A stretch of DNA of 64,000 nt from Parcubacteria group bacterium (GTDB lineage Bacteria; Patescibacteriota; Minisyncoccia; Phycocordibacterales; Phycocordibacteraceae). A program made the translations under genes and the position numbers. This document shows positions 1-11,004 of the stretch, piece after piece; position 1 is the first letter of the stretch; every line of letters begins with the position of its first letter. A model generated the notes under the pieces. It was given only the letters and a program-made list of their open reading frames with translations. It was not told the DNA's origin and made no database searches. The stretch lies in the NCBI GenBank assembly GCA_028286605.1, contig JAQBRE010000002.1:464065-528064 (forward strand). The letters are read 5' to 3'.

Positions 1-181
1 GCGGGCTTAACTTTTCGCTGCCGCGGACCGTTCGAATGCGGCATAAGACTATTCGGGAATTTCACCGAAGGCATGTCATTCCATTGTAGCCAGTAATGCG
101 CGATAACGGAACCGTAATTTTCCCCTATTTCATGAACAGCAAATGTGTGGACATGCACTCACTTAGTGCTACGGTCTAACT

Positions 182-733
182 ATGAAGAAGCCCATTACTC
201 CTCCGACGCTTACTGAGCGATTCACCACGTGGATAGGTTCACGCAGCTCGCTCATTGCACATACGATATTCTTCATTGCTTGCTTCTTGCTGGTGGCGCT
301 TTCGCTGGTTACGCTGACGACGATGCTGCTCGTGCTCACCACAGCCGTTTCCCTCGAAGCGATCTATCTCGCCATTTTCATTCAGATGACGGTGAACAAG
401 AACACGGCCAGCCTTCGTGAGGTGGAGGAAGACATCGATGAGATTCAAGAGGATGTGGAGGAGCTCGGCGAAGACCTGGATGAGATTCAGGAGGATATCG
501 GAGAAATTCAGGAAGACGTTGAAGAGATGTCCGAGGATATTGATGAGATTCAAGAGGACGTTGAAGAAATGTCTGAAGATATTGAGGAGATGAGCGAGGA
601 AGAAAAAGAGGAGGTAGAGAAAGAGGTGAAGCGAAAGAAGAAGATTGCCAGCGAGGCTGAACTCCTCGACAAGCTTTCACAGGATGTCAGCCAGCTTTTG
701 AAAGACCTTGAGGCATTGAAGAAAGGAAAATAG
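182..733 (+). CDS. Membrane protein (2 predicted TM helices) with long acidic heptad-repeat tail (EDxDEIQ x9) and lysine-rich coiled-coil C-terminus; sits where atpI usually is, function unknown
   Basis: ORF track; hydrophobic segments LIAHTIFFIACFLLVALSLVTL / LLVLTTAVSLEAIYLAIFI; nine 21-bp in-frame tandem repeats encoding EDIDEIQ/EDVEEMS units; directly upstream of atpB on same strand. Confidence 0.5.
   Translation: MKKPITPPTLTERFTTWIGSRSSLIAHTIFFIACFLLVALSLVTLTTMLLVLTTAVSLEAIYLAIFIQMTVNKNTASLREVEEDIDEIQEDVEELGEDLDEIQEDIGEIQEDVEEMSEDIDEIQEDVEEMSEDIEEMSEEEKEEVEKEVKRKKKIASEAELLDKLSQDVSQLLKDLEALKKGK
421..609 (+). repeat. 9 x 21-bp imperfect tandem repeat inside the 182-733 CDS (encodes acidic heptads)
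   Basis: gaagacatcgatgagattcaa / gaggatgtggaggagctcggc / gaagacctggatgagattcag ... read directly. Confidence 0.8.
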
Positions 734-770
734 TTGGCCATATAGGCCGTAAATGATAAAATAAGGATAA

Positions 771-1517
771 ATGAGTTCAGGCATACACGTAAGCCTCAAG
801 GCTGAGACCTTGGGCCATATTCTCGGTTTCCCTATCACGAACTCGCTACTTATGACGTGGCTGGTTATGGTGCTGCTTATCGCATTCGCGTATTTCTTCG
901 GCCGTTCGCTGAAGATGATTCCGGGAAAGTTGCAGGCAGCTATCGAGTGGGGATTCGAAGGTGCGTACGCATATATTGCAGAAGTTTTCGAAAGCGATGC
1001 ACTCGCGAAGCGATTCTTTCCTCTTATCGCGACGATCTTCCTATTCATATTGGTTGGCAACGAACTCGAGTTCTTTCCGGGAGTCGGATCGATAGGATTC
1101 TTTCACGGCACAGACTTCGCGCCATTGCTGCGCGCACCCGCTGCAGACCTTAACTTCACCCTCGCACTTACCTTCATCGCGTTCTTCACCATCGAGGTCA
1201 CCGGCATCGCGGTGCTGGGCGGTTTGAAGTACGCCGGCCGATTTGTTAATCTAAAGTCACCGGTCGGCTTTGCCGTTGGCATCATCGAGATCGTCTCGAA
1301 TCTGGGCCGCCTCGTTTCGTTCTCCTTCCGTCTCTTCGGCAATATCTTCGCGGGCGAAGTGATGATCCTGGTCGCAGGATACTTTCTTCCGTATCTGCTG
1401 CCGGTGCCGCTCATCGGCTTCGAGATGTTCATCGGGGCGATTCAGGCACTCGTGTTCGCGATGCTCACGATGTTCTTCATCAAGCTATCGATCACAGATC
1501 CGCACGAGGCGCACTAG
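771..1517 (+). CDS. atpB: F0F1 ATP synthase subunit a
   Basis: Multi-TM protein with typical subunit-a C-terminal region (NIFAGEVMILV...GAIQALVFAMLTMFFI); first gene of atp cluster. Confidence 0.9.
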   Translation: MSSGIHVSLKAETLGHILGFPITNSLLMTWLVMVLLIAFAYFFGRSLKMIPGKLQAAIEWGFEGAYAYIAEVFESDALAKRFFPLIATIFLFILVGNELEFFPGVGSIGFFHGTDFAPLLRAPAADLNFTLALTFIAFFTIEVTGIAVLGGLKYAGRFVNLKSPVGFAVGIIEIVSNLGRLVSFSFRLFGNIFAGEVMILVAGYFLPYLLPVPLIGFEMFIGAIQALVFAMLTMFFIKLSITDPHEAH

Positions 1518-1580
1518 CAGTTGCTAGCGGCTTCATGCGGCTCCGGGATGGAGTCTCAATTAAAAAATTAAGTAACAACT

Positions 1581-1808
1581 ATGGATATTAATTCAGCACG
1601 CATGATAGGTATGGCGCTCGCAGCCGGCCTTGGCGTTATTGGCCCTGGCATCGGCATCGGCATCATCGGTGGCGGCGCTATGCAAGCAATCGGCCGCAAC
1701 CCAGAAGCTTCAGGTAAGATCGTCTCGAACATGATCCTCGCGATCGTGTTCACCGAGGCGCTCGGCATCCTTGCGCTCGTGGTTTCGTTCATCATCAAGT
1801 TCGTCTAG
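1581..1808 (+). CDS. atpE: F0F1 ATP synthase subunit c
   Basis: 75 aa hairpin proteolipid, GxGxGxG motif (GPGIGIGIIGGGAMQAIGRNPEA), conserved carboxylate E in helix 2 (FTEALGILALVV). Confidence 0.9.
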   Translation: MDINSARMIGMALAAGLGVIGPGIGIGIIGGGAMQAIGRNPEASGKIVSNMILAIVFTEALGILALVVSFIIKFV

Positions 1809-1833
1809 TTCTTCACGCGTCTTTACTCTTCTT

Positions 1834-2274
1834 ATGGCAGCTCTCTTCGCAGCATTCGGCCTTCAACTCCCGCTTCTCATCGCGCAGCTGGTGAACTTCG
1901 CCATACTCATGATTGCGCTTACGTACCTGCTGTATAAGCCGGTTATGAAGACTATCGAGGCACGCAAGCAAAAAGTTGCACAGGGAGTCCTGGATGCGGA
2001 AGAGGCTACGAAGAAGCTTTCGACTGCAGACGCAGAAGCGACCGTAACGGTGCAGCAGGCAGAGAAGGAAGCAGAAGGTATCGTCGCTTCTGCACGCGAA
2101 GAAGCGGGGAGCGAGAAGATGCGTATCGTTAAGGAGGCGGATGCTCGCGCAGCGAGTATCGCGGCCGACGCAGATGCGCGTGCCAAGGAAACTGCAGCGA
2201 AGTCTCTTCGCGAAAGCGAAAAGGAAATCGCTCGTCTCGCTATTCTCGCTGCAGAAAAGGCGATGCGCACCTAA
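1834..2274 (+). CDS. atpF: F0F1 ATP synthase subunit b (start trimmed to ATG 1834)
   Basis: N-terminal TM helix then long Ala/Glu/Lys-rich coiled coil; position between atpE and atpH. Confidence 0.8.
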   Translation: MAALFAAFGLQLPLLIAQLVNFAILMIALTYLLYKPVMKTIEARKQKVAQGVLDAEEATKKLSTADAEATVTVQQAEKEAEGIVASAREEAGSEKMRIVKEADARAASIAADADARAKETAAKSLRESEKEIARLAILAAEKAMRT

Positions 2275-2276
2275 CT

Positions 2277-2648
2277 ATGGAGAAAGCATACGCTCAGGCG
2301 CTTCAGTCCTTGCTTTCGAAAGAAGGCGCAGATGAGAAGCGGATCATGGATCAGCTTTTCGCTCAGTTGAAAGCGACGGGCCGTATGAAACTCCTTCCAG
2401 GTATCGCGCGCGAACTGAAAAAGGCGCAGATGTACGCGCGTTCCGAAGAAGCGTTAGTAGAAGTGGCGCACAAAGACGAATCGCACGCCGCACTCGCCGC
2501 AGCTGCGAAGCTCGGCATTGAAGCCAAGCATGCAGAAGTGAATCCATCCCTCATTCGCGGCTGGCGTGCACGCCAGGGCAGCACGCTCATCGATCATTCC
2601 GGCAAGCGCGCACTGGTAGACCTGTACCGACGCATCACGACCGCATAG
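2277..2648 (+). CDS. atpH: F0F1 ATP synthase subunit delta (OSCP), unusually short (123 aa)
   Basis: Position between b and alpha; C-terminal ...[17 protein letters not shown] resembles delta C-terminal motif; N-terminal domain reduced. Confidence 0.7.
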   Translation: MEKAYAQALQSLLSKEGADEKRIMDQLFAQLKATGRMKLLPGIARELKKAQMYARSEEALVEVAHKDESHAALAAAAKLGIEAKHAEVNPSLIRGWRARQGSTLIDHSGKRALVDLYRRITTA

Positions 2649-2688
2649 CACCTTAGAATCGCTCAATTATTTAATTACTCACAACGTC

Positions 2689-4236
2689 ATGGAAAGCATC
2701 ATCAAGCGCATCGAACAAGAGATCGCCTCGTTCGCACCAGAAATGGGAGCGGAAGAAACAGGTACCGTACGCGCCACGGGCGACGGTATCGCCGAGATCG
2801 ACGGGCTCTCGAACGCCATCATGAGCGAGATGGTGCTTTTCGACCCGACCTTCGATCGCAGCCTCGAAGCAGCGCTGAAGGATGCTGATCCTATCTACGG
2901 CCTGGTGCTGAACCTCGAGGAAGACGGTGTTCGTACCGTTATTCTTGGCGATGGTTCACGCGTGTATGAAGGAATGCTCGTGCGCCGTCTCGGGCGACTT
3001 CTTTCTATTCCTGTCGGTGCAGAGCTCATCGGCCGTGTGGTTAATCCGCTTGGCGAACCGGTTGATGGCAAAGGCCCGACGAATGCGAAGGATATTCGTC
3101 CTATCGAGCGCGAAGCATACGGCGTTATGGATCGTTCAGCCGTGAACCAGCCGCTTCACACCGGCGTGAAGGCTATCGACGCGATGATCCCGGTCGGTCG
3201 CGGCCAGCGCGAGCTCATCATCGGAGACCGCGGCGTTGGAAAGACGGCGATCGCTATCGATACGATCCTTAACCAGAAGAGCGAAGACCCGAAGACGCGT
3301 CCTATCTGTATCTATGTCGCTATCGGCCAGAAAGAATCGAAGACGGCGAAGATCGTCGCGCAGCTCGCTGAAGCGGGAGCTATGGAGTACACGATCGTGG
3401 TAACGGCGCCGGCGTCTTCGCCGGCAGCATTCCAGTTCCTCGCACCATTCGCCGGCGCTACCATCGGCGAAGTATTCATGGAGCAGGGCAAGGACGCGCT
3501 CGTTATCTATGACGATCTTTCCAAGCACGCTGTTGCATACCGTCAGATGTCGCTCCTTCTTCGTCGCCCGCCAGGACGCGAGGCATATCCTGGAGACGTC
3601 TTCTATCTGCACTCTCGTTTGCTCGAGCGCGCGGCGAAGCTCTCGAAGGAAAAGGGCGGCGGTTCGCTTACGGCGCTTCCTATCATCGAAACGCAGGAAG
3701 GAGATATCTCTGCATACATTCCGACCAACGTGATCTCGATCACGGACGGACAGATCTTCCTTCTTGCAGACCTCTTCAACAAGGGTCAGCGCCCGGCTAT
3801 CGATGTGGGTAACTCAGTGTCGCGCGTGGGTTCATCCGCACAGACCAAGGCGATGAAGAAAGTCTCCGGCAAGATCAAGCTGCAGCTCGCGCAGTTCCGT
3901 GAGCTCGAAGCCTTCATGCAGTTCGCTTCGGATCTTGATGCAGACACGAAGCGCCAGATCGATGACGGTCGTCGTATGACAGAAGTGCTTAAGCAGAATG
4001 TGGGTGAGCCGCTTCCATTCGAGATGCAGGCAGCGGTCATTTTCGCCGCTACGAACGGATACTTCGATTCATTCACGCCGGACGAAACGAATGCGCAGGA
4101 GAAGCGCCTACAGGACTACCTTCAGCGCGATGCTGAAGATGTGCTCACGGCAATCCGTACCGAGAAGGCGATCAGCGACGAGACCGAAGCGAAGCTTCGC
4201 AGCGTACTCGAGAAGTTCGTCGCACGCTCCGCATAA
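2689..4236 (+). CDS. atpA: F0F1 ATP synthase subunit alpha
   Basis: Walker A GDRGVGKT, conserved alpha blocks ([70 protein letters not shown]). Confidence 0.95.
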   Translation: MESIIKRIEQEIASFAPEMGAEETGTVRATGDGIAEIDGLSNAIMSEMVLFDPTFDRSLEAALKDADPIYGLVLNLEEDGVRTVILGDGSRVYEGMLVRRLGRLLSIPVGAELIGRVVNPLGEPVDGKGPTNAKDIRPIEREAYGVMDRSAVNQPLHTGVKAIDAMIPVGRGQRELIIGDRGVGKTAIAIDTILNQKSEDPKTRPICIYVAIGQKESKTAKIVAQLAEAGAMEYTIVVTAPASSPAAFQFLAPFAGATIGEVFMEQGKDALVIYDDLSKHAVAYRQMSLLLRRPPGREAYPGDVFYLHSRLLERAAKLSKEKGGGSLTALPIIETQEGDISAYIPTNVISITDGQIFLLADLFNKGQRPAIDVGNSVSRVGSSAQTKAMKKVSGKIKLQLAQFRELEAFMQFASDLDADTKRQIDDGRRMTEVLKQNVGEPLPFEMQAAVIFAATNGYFDSFTPDETNAQEKRLQDYLQRDAEDVLTAIRTEKAISDETEAKLRSVLEKFVARSA

Positions 4237-4242
4237 TCATCA

Positions 4243-5151
4243 ATGGCACTCAAGGATATCAAAGCGAAGATAGGGGCGACCAAGCGCATGAACACGGTTA
4301 CCCGTGCCATGGAGGCGGTCTCGGCCGTAAAGATGCGCAAGACGCAGGCGTCTGCGCTTTCCGGCCGTTCCTATGCTCGTGCTGCTATCGCTATCCTTAC
4401 GCGCATTGCAGGAACTGAGGCCGTTAAGAAGCATCCGCTCGCGAAAGAACGCGAGGTGAAGAAGATCGCGCTCGTCGTTATGACCAGCGATAAAGGGCTT
4501 GCAGGAGGCCTCAACAGCGGCGTACTGAAGCAGGCAAGCCTCGCAGCGAAGGATTTCACGAAGGAGCAGGTGCTCGTGTACGCCTATGGCCGCAAGGGAG
4601 AAGACTTCTTCACGAATCGCGGCTACACGATCGTGAAATCAATGGAGAACAAGCAGGATGATGTTCCACTTTCAAGCATGGAGGAACTTTCGAACGAACT
4701 CTCTGCAGGATTCCTCGCCGGAGACTTCGATAAGGTGGTCGTCGCGTATACGAACTTCAAATCAACATTCGAACAGATTCCGACCGTTCGCCAGCTCCTT
4801 CCGCTTTCCCTTCCTGCGCTTGCAGAAGTGGTCTCTGGAATCGTGCCAGCGAAAGGAAAGTGGAGCAATGAGCAGTCGCTAGAAGCACCGGCTTCCTACG
4901 AAGTCGAGCCATCTGCAGACGAAGTATTGGGCGTGCTTATCCCGCGCCTCACCGCCATCGCGCTGTATCACATGCTTCTGGAGTCTAAGGCTTCCGAGCA
5001 TTCAGCGCGCATGGTGGCGATGAAGAACGCGTCCGATAAGTCGAAAGAAGTGACTCGTGACCTCACGCGTAAATACAACAAGATTCGTCAGGCTGCTATT
5101 ACGCGCGAGGTTTCGGAGATAGTCAGTGGCCGAGAGGCGCTTGCCGCATAA
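4243..5151 (+). CDS. atpG: F0F1 ATP synthase subunit gamma
   Basis: MALKDIKAKIGATKRMNTVTRAMEAVSAVKMRK N-terminus and C-terminal ITREVSEIVSG typical of gamma; operon position. Confidence 0.9.
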   Translation: MALKDIKAKIGATKRMNTVTRAMEAVSAVKMRKTQASALSGRSYARAAIAILTRIAGTEAVKKHPLAKEREVKKIALVVMTSDKGLAGGLNSGVLKQASLAAKDFTKEQVLVYAYGRKGEDFFTNRGYTIVKSMENKQDDVPLSSMEELSNELSAGFLAGDFDKVVVAYTNFKSTFEQIPTVRQLLPLSLPALAEVVSGIVPAKGKWSNEQSLEAPASYEVEPSADEVLGVLIPRLTAIALYHMLLESKASEHSARMVAMKNASDKSKEVTRDLTRKYNKIRQAAITREVSEIVSGREALAA

Positions 5152-5165
5152 ATTTGATAGATTAA

Positions 5166-6551
<1,386 letters not shown>

Positions 6552-6561
6552 TCACTTCCTG

Positions 6562-6810
6562 ATGGCAAAGACTTTTCACCTCACCATCGCACGCGTCGGC
6601 GAGAACCTGTTCGAAGGACAGGCGAAGAGCGTTACCGTGCCTGGTGGAGAAGGGGTGCTCACCATCCTCGCTGAACACGAAGCATTCGTAACGCCGCTCA
6701 AGCCAGGCACCATACGCATCGATCCTGCAGAAGGCGAGCCGATCACGCTTCAGATTGAAGACAAAGGCCTGGTGGAAGTCTCGAACAACCAAGCGACCGT
6801 GTTGCTGTAA
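6562..6810 (+). CDS. atpC: F0F1 ATP synthase subunit epsilon, short form (82 aa, beta-sandwich domain only)
   Basis: Last gene of cluster; length consistent with epsilon lacking the C-terminal helical inhibitory domain. Confidence 0.8.
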   Translation: MAKTFHLTIARVGENLFEGQAKSVTVPGGEGVLTILAEHEAFVTPLKPGTIRIDPAEGEPITLQIEDKGLVEVSNNQATVLL

Positions 6811-6892
6811 CCTTAAGAAGGTATATAATAGAAAGGTATCAAGACGAAGACGGACCCGAACGGTGTAAGTGCCTAATGGGAGCCCCTTCAAG

Positions 6893-6927
6893 AAAATAGC
6901 CTATTTTATATAGGCTATTTTCTTTTT
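6893..6927. terminator. Bidirectional rho-independent terminator between atpC (+) and the NYN gene (-)
   Basis: aaaatagcctat-ttta-tataggctatttt followed by ctttttac; overlaps last codons of the minus-strand gene. Confidence 0.6.
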
Positions 6928-7413
6928 ACTATCCTCGTCATTTAAGAAAGCAATAAATTTTTCATCAAGTTCCTTATACAAAGAAGATGTAAATGTAAGG
7001 TTTGGAAATAATATCTTTCCAAAGCGATTCTTTTTAATCAAATAATCAATCAGCTTTTTATAATCTCCATCACCAGAAACGACATAGATTTTATTGAATA
7101 CTTCTTTCTCAACCAGCATCTTCATAGCAACAAAGATAATATCGGAATCTACGTTTCCTTTCTTATTGCTTGAAAGACCAGAAGAGTGCTCTTTGAAGTT
7201 CAGAATAAATCCAGCTTGTTCAAGATCGTCATATAAATCTTGGTATTTTTCAGATCTATATCCAAGAAAGTAATACACACTGATAATTTGATGCTTATCT
7301 CTCAAATAGATTCTAAATTTCCTATGATCTATTGCCCAGCCATCAGCTTTTGTTCCAAGATGCAGGTTCTGTCCATCAATAAATGCTATATTTCCTTGTA
7401 ATTCTGTCTCCAT
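6901..7413 (-). CDS. NYN-domain (LabA/YacP-like) predicted RNase; start trimmed to METELQ ATG
   Basis: Motifs IDGQNL, VDSDI, VVSGDGDY; gene body ~33% GC versus ~55% surroundings. Confidence 0.7.
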   Translation of the reverse strand: METELQGNIAFIDGQNLHLGTKADGWAIDHRKFRIYLRDKHQIISVYYFLGYRSEKYQDLYDDLEQAGFILNFKEHSSGLSSNKKGNVDSDIIFVAMKMLVEKEVFNKIYVVSGDGDYKKLIDYLIKKNRFGKILFPNLTFTSSLYKELDEKFIAFLNDEDSKKKIAYIK

Positions 7414-8077
7414 GCCTATTAACCCTATCGGAAACCCTGCGAAGTTGAGCGTAATTACGTATGCGTTTATCGCAATCATCTTGATAGGGATTTTATCTCT
7501 AGGATATATATTCTTCATCCACAAAGCAGCGACCGATTCGACGGCGTGTTCAACCAAGAATTTAAAAGTTGCAGCGTTCGGTGACAGTCTCGTCGCCGGT
7601 TATGGCGCTATGCAGGGGAATGATTTCCCTTCGCTGCTTTCGAAAACGCTTGGCGTACCAGTATCGAATTTTGGCGTTAGCGGAGACACCACTGCAGACG
7701 CGCTCGCGCGAATCAACAATGTCATCAGTGCGAAACCAGACGTAGTAATCGTTCTCCTTGGTGGAAACGATGCGTTACAGAAAGTGCCACTCGCAACGAC
7801 GAAGCAGGATCTTTCAACAATTATTGATACGTTTCAGAAGGCGAATATACAGGTTGTGCTCGTAGGAGTGCTCGGTGGCATTCCAACCGATCCATACGCA
7901 CCGATGTTCTTGAGTCTCGCGCAGCAGTACAAAGTCGTATCCGTATCGAATATTCTTTCTGGTCTTATCGGCAACAGCAATCTTATGAGCGACGAAGTAC
8001 ATCCTAATGACGCTGGGTATGTAAAAGTAGCTGCACGCATCGCACCGGCGGTTGAAAAGGCTTGTTCTTTGAAGTAG
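7412..8077 (+). CDS. SGNH/GDSL-family hydrolase (arylesterase/lipase-like), N-terminal TM anchor; start uncertain (overlaps divergent NYN start by 2 nt)
   Basis: GDS(L) block FGDSLVAGYG, GGNDAL block, DEVHPND block (catalytic triad S/D/H). Confidence 0.75.
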   Translation: MPINPIGNPAKLSVITYAFIAIILIGILSLGYIFFIHKAATDSTACSTKNLKVAAFGDSLVAGYGAMQGNDFPSLLSKTLGVPVSNFGVSGDTTADALARINNVISAKPDVVIVLLGGNDALQKVPLATTKQDLSTIIDTFQKANIQVVLVGVLGGIPTDPYAPMFLSLAQQYKVVSVSNILSGLIGNSNLMSDEVHPNDAGYVKVAARIAPAVEKACSLK

Positions 8078-8088
8078 AAAAGCCCAAC

Positions 8089-8283
8089 TCACGAAGAGTC
8101 GGGCTTTCGCTCGCTGAGAAGGGCAAACGTACCTACCCAGAGACCAAGACCAAAAATGACGAAAACAGGCCATCCACGAAGAATCTCCTCCCACGTCTTG
8201 TCTATGTGAACGAGGAGCGCGAAAAGAAAATCTCCCACGATTGGCGGAATCAGTGCGATTCCCATATCACGAATTAGGCGCAT
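8089..8283 (-). CDS. Small membrane protein (64 aa, 2 TM)
   Basis: GGAGG 5 nt upstream of ATG on minus strand; two hydrophobic helices; 3' end inside terminator hairpin 8081-8113. Confidence 0.45.
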   Translation of the reverse strand: MRLIRDMGIALIPPIVGDFLFALLVHIDKTWEEILRGWPVFVIFGLGLWVGTFALLSERKPDSS

Positions 8284-8392
8284 GTGTTCCTCCAGAACTG
8301 TCCTAGTAGGATGATTCTACCAATCGCACCTTATGTCAATTCTGGTATAATCGGTGCATATGGGTATACAAAATTTTATATTGCAGCAGGCG

Positions 8393-8596
8393 ATGAAAAT
8401 GAAGATGAAGGACGTTCCTCCGGAACAGCGAGACCAGCTTATGGCACTCGTGCAGAAGGACCCTGAACTCTTCAAGAAGATCGGAGAGGAAGTAGATCGT
8501 CGCGTTAAGAAAGGCGGAGAAGACCAGATGAAAGCGACGATGGAAGTCATGAAGAAATATCGCACTGAGCTTTCGCAGCTCATGCAGCCTAAATAG
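8393..8596 (+). CDS. Small hypothetical protein (~67 aa, K/E-rich); start chosen at MKMKMKD
   Basis: Extended -10 (TGGTATAAT, 8343-8351) upstream; ORF track 8354-8596. Confidence 0.4.
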   Translation: MKMKMKDVPPEQRDQLMALVQKDPELFKKIGEEVDRRVKKGGEDQMKATMEVMKKYRTELSQLMQPK

Positions 8597-8601
8597 TAAT
8601 T

Positions 8602-9222
8602 ATGGCCGACACGCTGAATGTTCTGGTATTGAATGCGTCGCTTAAGCACGGCCCTGAGCTGTCTGCGACTGAAGAGGTAGTGAACATGGTTCTTGAGAAT
8701 ATGGGTGCGCACGTAGCGATTGAATCATCCATCGTACGTCTTTCAGACAAGAACATTCCCGTGGGACTCTCATACAAGATGAGTGAAGACGACGAATGGC
8801 CTGGTATTGTTGATCAGATAATCAAGGCAGACGTCATTATCTTTGCAACGCCGATATGGTGGGGCGGCCGTTCGAGCCTAATGCAGCGCGTTATTGAACG
8901 CATGGATGCCTTCGACGAAGGAACGATTCCTGGGGTGAACGGGCGCGAAGGTCTTCTGAATAAAGTCGCCGGTATCGTGATAACCGGAAGCGAAGATGGT
9001 GCGCAAGCCGTTATGGCCGGCATCATGGAGGTGCTTTCATTCATGAACTTCACGCTGCCACCGCAGTGCTGTACGTATTGGGTTGGCGAGGTTGGCATGG
9101 ATCCGAAGACAGACAGCGAGAGACGCCGTAAGAATCCTGCAGTCGCGCACATGGCAGAGGCAACGGCGAAAAGCTTGGTACACTGTGCACAAGCACTAAA
9201 AGCGAATCCATTCACCGCGTAA
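8602..9222 (+). CDS. Flavodoxin-like fold NAD(P)H-dependent FMN reductase family protein
   Basis: LNASLKHG...ATPIWWGG...VITGSEDG pattern typical of flavodoxin-like oxidoreductases. Confidence 0.65.
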   Translation: MADTLNVLVLNASLKHGPELSATEEVVNMVLENMGAHVAIESSIVRLSDKNIPVGLSYKMSEDDEWPGIVDQIIKADVIIFATPIWWGGRSSLMQRVIERMDAFDEGTIPGVNGREGLLNKVAGIVITGSEDGAQAVMAGIMEVLSFMNFTLPPQCCTYWVGEVGMDPKTDSERRRKNPAVAHMAEATAKSLVHCAQALKANPFTA

Positions 9223-9224
9223 TC

Positions 9225-9812
9225 ATGGCAACAAAGACAAAGAAGATATTCATATTAATGGGGAATCCTGACAAGGACGGAACGCTTTCAAGCAAGATCG
9301 CAGACACATACGAAAACGAAGCGAAAGCGGCGGGCCATGAGGTGCGTCGTACGAATCTTGGAGACCTTCAGTTCGATCCGATCCTGCATCTTGGATACAA
9401 GGTGATACAGCCGCTTGAGCCGGATCTTCTGAAAGTTCAAGAGGATATGAAATGGGCCGAGCACTTCGTGCTTATCTATCCCGTCTGGTGGTCTTCGATG
9501 CCAGCACTCCTGAAGGGCTTCATCGATCGCGCATGGATTCCAGGCTTCGCCTTTCATTTCCACAAGGACGGCCTTGGCTGGGACAAGCTCCTCGCTGGCC
9601 GCACGGCTCGCCTCATCATCCTTTCAAAGAGTTGGCCGGTTATGATCATGGCGCTCTTCGGCGACTACACGAACGAAATCTCTCGTGCCATCCTCGGGTT
9701 CTCTGGCTACAAGGTATCCCTGACCGAAGTGGGTATGAGCGAGAAACTCACCGAGCCGCAGAAAGTAAAGTGGATGAAGAAGATCGCTGTTCTTGCTAAG
9801 AAGGGTAAGTAA
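9225..9812 (+). CDS. NAD(P)H dehydrogenase (quinone) / Flavodoxin_2 family protein
   Basis: ILMGNPDKDGT ... LIYPVWWSSMPALLKGFIDR blocks characteristic of MdaB/NQO1-like flavodoxin_2 proteins. Confidence 0.7.
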   Translation: MATKTKKIFILMGNPDKDGTLSSKIADTYENEAKAAGHEVRRTNLGDLQFDPILHLGYKVIQPLEPDLLKVQEDMKWAEHFVLIYPVWWSSMPALLKGFIDRAWIPGFAFHFHKDGLGWDKLLAGRTARLIILSKSWPVMIMALFGDYTNEISRAILGFSGYKVSLTEVGMSEKLTEPQKVKWMKKIAVLAKKGK

Positions 9813-9828
9813 CTGATAGGGTGCGTAT

Positions 9829-10923
9829 ATGAAGATCGGTATCGTCGGACTCCCGAACGTCGGGAAATCAACACTATTCAATGCGCTTACGAAGGCGAGT
9901 GTGCCCGCGGAGAATTATCCGTTCTGCACCATAGACCCCTCCGTGGGCGTCGTTGGTGTGCCGGACGAACGTCTGGATAAGCTCGCTCTCCTTTCAGGTT
10001 CCGATAAGACCATTCCGGCAGCTATTGAGTTCGTCGATATCGCCGGCCTCGTGCAAGGCGCTTCTATGGGTGAAGGTCTGGGCAATCAATTCCTTTCACA
10101 TATCCGTGAAGTTGATGCCATTCTGGAAATGGTTCGTTTCTTCGATGATACCGATATTATCCATGTACATGGGGAAGTTGATCCGGTCCGTGATATCGAG
10201 GTTATCAATCTTGAGCTTATCCTTGCGGACCAGCAGAGCGTTACCGGCCGTCGTGAGCGTCTCACCGGCGATGTTCGTGCACAGAAGAAAGAAGCGGTCG
10301 CAGAAGATGCGGTGCTTTCCAAGATAGAGCAGGTTCTTCTTAAGGGCGGCCTTGCAATAACGGTTGATCTTTCGCCTGAGGAAGCGAAACTCATCAAGCC
10401 GATGAATCTTCTTACGCTGAAGCCGATCCTGTATGCGCTTAACGGAAAGTCTGGCGGCCACAACCTTGATGAAGTTAATGATGGACGTTCTCGTGCCGCG
10501 TTCGAGCTGATCGAATCATATGGCGCAGACTATGTTCGCGTAGACGCAGTAACAGAAGGCGAACTGAACGATGTTGCAGAAGAAGACAAACAGATGTTCC
10601 GCTCAGAGCTCGGCGTGTCTGAAGACGGCCTAGAAGCACTCATCCGTGGCGCATACCGAACACTCGGTCTCATCACCTTCTTCACCACAGGACCGAAGGA
10701 ATCACGCGCGTGGACGGTTGCGAAAGGCGCAACAGCGCCCGAGGCGGGCGCTGCCATTCATACTGATTTCAAAGACAAGTTCATCCGCGCTGAAGTGGTC
10801 GGCTGGGACACGCTCCTCGCAGACGGCTCATGGAGCGCTGCACGCGATAAGGGCGACATTCGTACGGAAGGAAAAACCTACGTCACTAAAGATGGCGACG
10901 TGATGGTTTTCCTGCATAGCTAA
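9829..10923 (+). CDS. ychF: Ribosome-binding ATPase YchF (Obg-family GTPase)
   Basis: MKIGIVGLPNVGKSTLFNALT G1 motif, TGS C-terminal domain (GDIRTEGKTYVTKDGDVMVF). Confidence 0.95.
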   Translation: MKIGIVGLPNVGKSTLFNALTKASVPAENYPFCTIDPSVGVVGVPDERLDKLALLSGSDKTIPAAIEFVDIAGLVQGASMGEGLGNQFLSHIREVDAILEMVRFFDDTDIIHVHGEVDPVRDIEVINLELILADQQSVTGRRERLTGDVRAQKKEAVAEDAVLSKIEQVLLKGGLAITVDLSPEEAKLIKPMNLLTLKPILYALNGKSGGHNLDEVNDGRSRAAFELIESYGADYVRVDAVTEGELNDVAEEDKQMFRSELGVSEDGLEALIRGAYRTLGLITFFTTGPKESRAWTVAKGATAPEAGAAIHTDFKDKFIRAEVVGWDTLLADGSWSAARDKGDIRTEGKTYVTKDGDVMVFLHS

Positions 10924-10930
10924 TCCTCCG

Positions 10931-10961
10931 GTTTGATCCCTAGTCTGCCAGCTCTCAATTT
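10931..10961. repeat. Repeat family A copy 1 (GTTYGATCCCTAGTCTGCCAGC) plus CCAGCTCTCAATTT segment
   Basis: Near-identical copy at 51462-51483; CCAGCTCTCAATTT recurs at 11577-11591. Confidence 0.7.
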
Positions 10962-10973
10962 ATATAAAAGAAA

Positions 10974-10991
10974 CCGCTCCAAATGGAGCGG
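10974..10991. terminator. Hairpin terminator shared by convergent ychF and HNH genes
   Basis: ccgctcc-aaat-ggagcgg preceded by A/T-rich ttatataaaagaaa. Confidence 0.5.
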
Positions 10992-11004
10992 CCAAGTGCC
11001 TGTG

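Noticed and set aside
10931-10952. Repeat A (GGTTCGATCCCTAGTCTGCCAGC) resembles a tRNA T-loop plus acceptor 3' end, suggesting tRNA-derived att sites
   Set aside because: No 5-bp T-stem can be paired around TTCGATC in either copy. Upstream sequence is protein-coding (ychF / mltG C-termini) with no D-arm or anticodon arm. Both copies are kept as plain repeats.
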